Shown here: piece after piece, positions 59,157 to 64,000 of the stretch
How the letters are laid out: the number at the start of each line of letters is the position of its first letter
How positions within the stretch are numbered: position 1 is the stretch's first letter
Virus record (IMG/VR): IMGVR_UViG_3300023296_000994
Direction: 5' to 3' (one strand)
Source: a virus
DNA: 64,000 bases
The notes under the pieces: model-generated
Databases searched by the model: none
What the model saw: the letters and a program-made list of their open reading frames with translations, nothing else
Told to the model about the DNA's origin: nothing
Position numbers and translations under genes: made by a program

Positions 59157-59488
59157 TTACTATTATCCTCCATTTCATGTACCGTATCCAAAATCTGCTT
59201 TTTTTCTATATCACTTAACCCCGTTCCGGCATCTGGTCCTGATACAGCATTCATTGACCTCTGAACAATAGCCGCCATTTTTATTAAGTGTTCATCATTT
59301 TTAACAGCCACTTCCATATAATCTTTTATCAATGGTACAATTATAGTAGCATCTGATAACGTTTTTATCAATGGCTTCAATTCAAGTATAAGAGATGATA
59401 TTTGTAATTCTTTTTTCTTAGAATTAGAATATATATCTTTCATTAAACCTGAGAATGTTTTACCTTTAAAAATTTCTTCTTGATCCAT
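59153..59488 (-). CDS. Hypothetical protein
   Basis: IVPLIKDYMEVAVKNDEHLIKMAAIVQR. Likely start MDQEE at 59488, 3 nt after the promoter motif at 59492-59500. Confidence 0.7.
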   Translation of the reverse strand: MDQEEIFKGKTFSGLMKDIYSNSKKKELQISSLILELKPLIKTLSDATIIVPLIKDYMEVAVKNDEHLIKMAAIVQRSMNAVSGPDAGTGLSDIEKKQILDTVHEMEDNSK

Positions 59489-59499
59489 ACATATAAGTA

Positions 59500-60291
59500 T
59501 CAATCATCCAAATTAGATAAAAATATATCATAATAATCATTGAAATCACGCTTGATAACATTAACCACGTTCGTTATGTATTCCGTTTTGGTATCGGTCA
59601 TTTCACGTATCATTATATATAATGCCTTCTTATTATAGTTTTGAATATTTACCCTACTCTTGAAAAGGTCAAGGATGGAATACGCTATATTAATATCACG
59701 TTGACTTTGAAATTTATTTTCAACTTGGGATTCATATTCTTCTATGAATTTATCAACGAAAGCTTCCTTTAGTAATTCAAAACTTTCATCCAAATCAGTT
59801 TCAATTGTATCTGAATATCTACTATCAATGTAATTTGGGTCTATACCACTTAGGTGCGTTTTAATAAGACGCTCTTTATACTTTTTGGTATTATTTTGAA
59901 TGAGATAATTTTTTGCAATTATACTGAAATATGAAAATGCTCTACCCTTTCCTTGTGAATATTTATTAAGTTTCTGTAGTATGAAACAAATAACTTCGTG
60001 TTGAATTTCCTGCGTGGTTCCATCCATGTATGGAAACTTAAACGTGTTAATTATATTTTCTGTCAACTTAAAAAGAGGATAGTATATATATTCATTAAAT
60101 ATTTTATTCTTTTTACTATCCGATTCTTCTTCGTTGTAAGCTACAATGGCGTGTTCCGTAATGGGAGTAAAATACATTTTATTCTTTTTCGGTCTGCCTG
60201 GCTTCTTTTTATTGGGGTCCACTATAAGCGATTCTTCTAGGTCGCGTTGATACTGTGGTAAGTTAATATAAAATAAATCTACAGTACTCAT
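59500..60291 (-). CDS. Putative phage sigma factor for late transcription (gp55-like)
   Basis: Region-2-like LTENII..F....KLNKY...KGRAFSYFSIIAKNYLI. Confidence 0.65.
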   Translation of the reverse strand: MSTVDLFYINLPQYQRDLEESLIVDPNKKKPGRPKKNKMYFTPITEHAIVAYNEEESDSKKNKIFNEYIYYPLFKLTENIINTFKFPYMDGTTQEIQHEVICFILQKLNKYSQGKGRAFSYFSIIAKNYLIQNNTKKYKERLIKTHLSGIDPNYIDSRYSDTIETDLDESFELLKEAFVDKFIEEYESQVENKFQSQRDINIAYSILDLFKSRVNIQNYNKKALYIMIREMTDTKTEYITNVVNVIKRDFNDYYDIFLSNLDD

Positions 60292-60593
60292 ATATTTGGT
60301 TTGTTTGAATTAAATTTAGTATTCAATCGAGTTATTAAATCTTTCAATGAATTAAAAATAACACCTACGTCATCATCACTTTGAAACATTGCACGTTTAT
60401 CAACATTAACCATTTGATTATATGTGGAATTCACCGATTCGATAACATCAGCCACAAATAATAAATATTCGCGGTTGGCTTCTTCGGCCTGATCCATAAT
60501 GGATTCCGTTTTGAATAATAAATTTACTACTGAATATCCCAGACCAACTAATATAATGGCCACGGGTATTAGAATGTATAATGAAATGTACAT
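60288..60593 (-). CDS. Small membrane-anchored protein
   Basis: N-terminal transmembrane segment; FQSDDDVGVIF. Confidence 0.7.
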   Translation of the reverse strand: MYISLYILIPVAIILVGLGYSVVNLLFKTESIMDQAEEANREYLLFVADVIESVNSTYNQMVNVDKRAMFQSDDDVGVIFNSLKDLITRLNTKFNSNKPNI

Positions 60594-60599
60594 AAAATT

Positions 60600-61340
60600 T
60601 TATTTAAATAAATTATTAAAAATAGCTACGTTCTTAGAATCCGATGTACTCAATACTTTCTTAACATGCTTCGATGGTGGAGCCTTTACAGTGGTACTAT
60701 CTTCTTTTTTCCAACGTTCAAATTCAATTCTACTAGCCATTAAATCAGCGTGATGTAAAACCAATGGCATGTTATTTTTGAAACCTCCATTTTTACTTTT
60801 GGATTTATAATAGAACCAATTACCTTCCACATACATTCCGTCATGAGTCATAATTGCAATGTATTCATTTTGTGTTACTTTAACACCATGTTCTTGTAAC
60901 ATCCACAGCCCTCTGTGTGGTACTTCCATTGTAACTATATCACTATTATAATCATAGATTTTGCCTTGATTTTTTCTGTGCCATTCCGATGTATTTGGCT
61001 CATAATATGGATTATCTATATCACCTACTTTTCCAAGGTCATGATTTATAGCAGCGAAGGCAAGTTCTTCAATAGTATATCCGTCCATGTCAGCGCCCAT
61101 TTCTCCCCATGTAGTATGTAACTTCATCGCGCATTTGTATACACGTAAAACATGGTCTACATACCCTCCAGGAAATGCGTTATGATAATGTTCGATGGCC
61201 GATCCAGGGGCAAACATTATACGTTCTTCCAAACCGGAATATAATTTAGTTAGTGATTCGCTTCGGGTAGATAATACATTAGTAATTATATCACCAAGCT
61301 TTATCCAATTTTCACTTAATTGGTTGGCTGTAAGGTCCAT
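60600..61340 (-). CDS. HD-domain phosphohydrolase
   Basis: HNAFPGGYVDH, NHDLGKVG, H, HDG, LHHADLMAS. Confidence 0.9.
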   Translation of the reverse strand: MDLTANQLSENWIKLGDIITNVLSTRSESLTKLYSGLEERIMFAPGSAIEHYHNAFPGGYVDHVLRVYKCAMKLHTTWGEMGADMDGYTIEELAFAAINHDLGKVGDIDNPYYEPNTSEWHRKNQGKIYDYNSDIVTMEVPHRGLWMLQEHGVKVTQNEYIAIMTHDGMYVEGNWFYYKSKSKNGGFKNNMPLVLHHADLMASRIEFERWKKEDSTTVKAPPSKHVKKVLSTSDSKNVAIFNNLFK

Positions 61341-61401
61341 CTTTTTGATTTTGTTTAAAACTATTAACTATAGTAGTAAGTACTAATATAGTGAAAATAT
61401 A

Positions 61402-61908
61402 TCACAATACATAATTATCAGGTATCTTTCCTGATATTATCTTATTGTACTTTTTGATTTCTCTGATAAATAATGCTTTGTCTTTTTTAGTAGACGCCTT
61501 ATTTAGTTTCTTTTTTAAAGCGTACGCTTTCTGAGATGCATCATCGATGATTTTCCGTTTTTGTGCTTTAGACCGCTTTACCTTTTCTTTTATTTTAGTA
61601 GGAGAAAACTTATCTTTTAAATCAGGAAGCTCCTTACCCTTATTAAAAACATTACCATCCTTATCAACATATTGTTCCATTAAATGCCAACCCCGAGGGC
61701 GGCCGGATGATACTTTCTGTTTAATAACTGGCGGATTACATTTTTCATTTATACATAAAAAACAAATAACGGATACTACAGAATCCGAGGTAGTGGTCAT
61801 CTGCCCACATTCACTACATTCAAGATATCGGTATGATTTATCTGGATCTTGATTCCACTTAGTACCTAATCTGAATTCTTCTCTATACGTAACTATTTGC
61901 TTTGACAT
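61402..61908 (-). CDS. Hypothetical basic zinc-binding protein
   Basis: CSEC...CFLC, GRPRGWH.M.QYVD.DGNVF.KG.E. Confidence 0.7.
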   Translation of the reverse strand: MSKQIVTYREEFRLGTKWNQDPDKSYRYLECSECGQMTTTSDSVVSVICFLCINEKCNPPVIKQKVSSGRPRGWHLMEQYVDKDGNVFNKGKELPDLKDKFSPTKIKEKVKRSKAQKRKIIDDASQKAYALKKKLNKASTKKDKALFIREIKKYNKIISGKIPDNYVL

Positions 61909-61914
61909 AATTGA

Positions 61915-62673
61915 TTATAGGATATCCGATAATTTATATAAAATAGTATGAATTACAATATCTTCGTTATTAACCTTTTTTCTATAATCATGTAATTTAA
62001 TATTGGCATTAATCATTGTTGATTTTATGTAATTCAATTTAATAATGTCACTACAACTGATAGCTAATATTCCATTGAAAGAAGTGATGTTAATAAATTC
62101 AGTATTAGTAACACTATTCAATATACTTGTTATAAAATCCTGTGCATTAAACTGATATAATGGTTTATTATTTTCTATTCGTAAAATAACATCCGCTAAC
62201 TTATGTTCATCTAATTTATCAATCCACTGTACGAACGATTGTATCTTGTTATTGAACAAATAATGTCTATCAGATTCTTTTAATTTATCCCACAAAGCGG
62301 CCGTGTCTAAGCCCGCGGAGTTCGGTAATACTGAATTACCGTTTCCACTCGACAGATGTTTAAGAAAAGTAATAATTTTATTTACGGAATCATCAGTATC
62401 AACCGGTACTTCTTTTACAATTAATTTATTTTCATAATCTAATTTAGATTCGGTTGGTACGTCTGCCGTACTGATATTAGGTATGATCGATGTATCGTCA
62501 ATATCAGGAAAAGACCACTTGTACATAGTCAGTCGTTGATTAGAATTCTTCAACTTGTTAATCTGAGCAACTATGATATGTTCTTCCATATCTAAAAGAG
62601 AATCGCTTAACCACATATGGCTGTACCATTTATTAGTAGTTATCTTATTTTTGGCCTTACTCATATTATTCAC
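61915..62673 (-). CDS. Hypothetical protein
   Basis: 252-aa ORF in the operon; no motif recognised. Confidence 0.6.
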   Translation of the reverse strand: MNNMSKAKNKITTNKWYSHMWLSDSLLDMEEHIIVAQINKLKNSNQRLTMYKWSFPDIDDTSIIPNISTADVPTESKLDYENKLIVKEVPVDTDDSVNKIITFLKHLSSGNGNSVLPNSAGLDTAALWDKLKESDRHYLFNNKIQSFVQWIDKLDEHKLADVILRIENNKPLYQFNAQDFITSILNSVTNTEFINITSFNGILAISCSDIIKLNYIKSTMINANIKLHDYRKKVNNEDIVIHTILYKLSDIL

Positions 62674-62965
62674 TCCATAAAAGTTTATCTAGCCAATCAC
62701 TGTCATCTTTGACTAGAGTTAATAATTTAACTAATTCAGAACATTTTTCATATTGTTCCATTTCTTCAAAATACAATATCAAATTACCCATGATTTCTTC
62801 TGCTGCTAATTTACTATCGAACGGGTCAAATAGTAATGCTAAAAAGTTATCGTTCTGACTGTACAGTTCAATTATATTCTTTTTACCCGTTAATACATCG
62901 AACGTTTCATTAGCTGCTAAGCTAAGTAGTGAATCATCATCATCTTCGTTTAAATAGAATTTCAT
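62666..62965 (-). CDS. Hypothetical protein with UVR-like helix motif
   Basis: YFEEMEQYEKCSEL; promoter motif at 62970-62978. Confidence 0.65.
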   Translation of the reverse strand: MKFYLNEDDDDSLLSLAANETFDVLTGKKNIIELYSQNDNFLALLFDPFDSKLAAEEIMGNLILYFEEMEQYEKCSELVKLLTLVKDDSDWLDKLLWSE

Positions 62966-62989
62966 TACATATAAATATAAAGTCAGAAT

Positions 62990-63193
62990 TTAATCCAATA
63001 ACAACTCCGGCTGAATTGGTTTGGATTTATCAAGTCGTTCGGTTTCAATTAATCTAAACTGTAATAAATTAATTACAATGTTCTTGTCAGTTATGGTACG
63101 TTTTAGTATATCCCGTTTGGCACTAATAAACGCAATTACCAGCAACAAAATTAATATTATTACCAATAATAATATCATTATTAAATAATTCAT
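62990..63193 (-). CDS. Small membrane protein
   Basis: Long hydrophobic N terminus. Confidence 0.55.
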   Translation of the reverse strand: MNYLIMILLLVIILILLLVIAFISAKRDILKRTITDKNIVINLLQFRLIETERLDKSKPIQPELLLD

Positions 63194-63194
63194 T

Positions 63195-63473
63195 TCAATA
63201 TTCTCTGTATGTACCGTTATTGGATTCTAATTGGCCAAGTGAACGTGCCACTTTATATTTATGCTTTCCATCTTCCAATGTTTCACATATTCTATTAGCT
63301 TCTGATTCTGTAATTTCGAATCGTCTGTTACCTATAATCAAGAAACCAATCGTAGGCTTAACATCTTGATTTGGTCTTGAATCCGGGTCGCCTGTTTGCG
63401 GTAATTCGAAATCAATTGAATTCCAAAATTTGCCATATTTGGCTCCGTTGAAACTTTCACTACTTCTATTCAT
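63195..63473 (-). CDS. Hypothetical protein
   Basis: 92-aa ORF; promoter motif at 63502-63510. Confidence 0.65.
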   Translation of the reverse strand: MNRSSESFNGAKYGKFWNSIDFELPQTGDPDSRPNQDVKPTIGFLIIGNRRFEITESEANRICETLEDGKHKYKVARSLGQLESNNGTYREY

Positions 63474-63604
63474 AATAACGTTTATTTTAAGTGTTATATA
63501 ATATAAGTATTATTCTTTGGATAAACAAGTAAATCACCATGTTTATTATTCAAAATCAAAAATAAATATTGAAAACGTACCTGGTTTTAAATTACTGGAC
63601 GATA

Positions 63605-63713
63605 TGTATTAATACACTGATCATGTGATTAATTGATCAATATTGATCATGATCAAATTTGATCATTATTAATTAAGTTAATTAGATTAATAGATCAATA
63701 GATCTATAGATCT
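63605..63713. repeat. Chain of overlapping palindromes with 8 GATC sites
   Basis: TGTATTAATACA, TGATCAATATTGATCA, TTGATCATGATCAA, ATGATCAAATTTGATCAT, AGATCTATAGATCT. Confidence 0.85.
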
Positions 63714-64000
63714 TTAACTCGGTTTAACGATAGTTCAACACGGTTCCAATATGATAAAGTCACGGTTTTTTTCATTCCTTTTGGACCTCCATTCCAACAC
63801 CGGGCGATATCTTCGTAGCTATGAAGGTTATAATGATTTATATAAATTTTCAGCATTTCAATTGAGGATGTCCGGTTCCACCTATCCTCTAATTTATAGT
63901 TTATAGTTTTCAATATTCGGTTAATGTCTTTGACCATACATGGTCTTATTTGTAGACAACCAACAGCATTTTCTTTTTTACAGTAAGCAGAATCATTATT
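63704..64000 (-). CDS. Partial lysozyme/lytic transglycosylase-like protein (5' end outside the window)
   Basis: Frame is open to the window edge: NNDSAYCKKENAVGCLQIRPCMVKDINRIL...DR...ARCWNGGPKG. Confidence 0.75.
   Translation of the reverse strand, partial: NNDSAYCKKENAVGCLQIRPCMVKDINRILKTINYKLEDRWNRTSSIEMLKIYINHYNLHSYEDIARCWNGGPKGMKKTVTLSYWNRVELSLNRVKDL

Noticed and set aside
61361-61400. Second host-type promoter and short palindromes upstream of the HD gene
   Set aside because: TATATTAG is a mismatch to TAnnTTTG and there is no properly spaced TTTG; short AT-rich palindromes are expected by chance.
19-61852. Plus-strand ORFs in the track (e.g. 22131-22697, 48295-48861, 7085-7540)
   Set aside because: They are antisense shadows of well-supported minus-strand genes and have no recognisable motifs.
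1-64000. tRNA/rRNA genes, integrase or prophage boundaries
   Set aside because: No cloverleaf, rRNA-like or host chromosomal sequence recognised; intergenic gaps are short and AT-rich.

Overview
This 64 kb window is part of a large, AT-rich T4-like myophage genome, with every credible gene on the minus strand. The host is probably Bacteroidota, inferred from a phage-encoded bS21 and a TTTG-N20-TATATTTG host-type promoter. It holds the morphogenesis region: baseplate (gp25/gp6-like), a putative late sigma factor, terminase with a mini-intein, portal, prohead protease, bS21, scaffold, major capsid protein, neck/tail-completion proteins and tail sheath. Embedded in it are PhoH, a GIY-YIG nuclease, primase and a fused Mre11-Rad50 (SbcDC). 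A mosaic island (about 2.3-16.4 kb) carries LamG/fibre genes, three clan GH-A glycoside hydrolase-like genes and an esterase. Main observations: (1) a fractured gene in which a naturally split intein cuts through the K-x-D-G motif of a ligase-like nucleotidyltransferase, with a homing endonuclease between the halves and a second HNH module fused in frame; (2) capsid-targeting-like leaders and L/I-x-E cleavage motifs suggesting packaged cargo polyproteins; (3) phage bS21 together with strong Shine-Dalgarno sites on the most abundant late genes; (4) repeated 'foreign gene + truncated gene stub + 27-bp promoter element' cassettes; (5) a pervasive [ST]-[GAS]-S motif confined to outer virion proteins; (6) a GATC-rich chain of palindromes. 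All assignments come from reading motifs by eye; no database searches were run.
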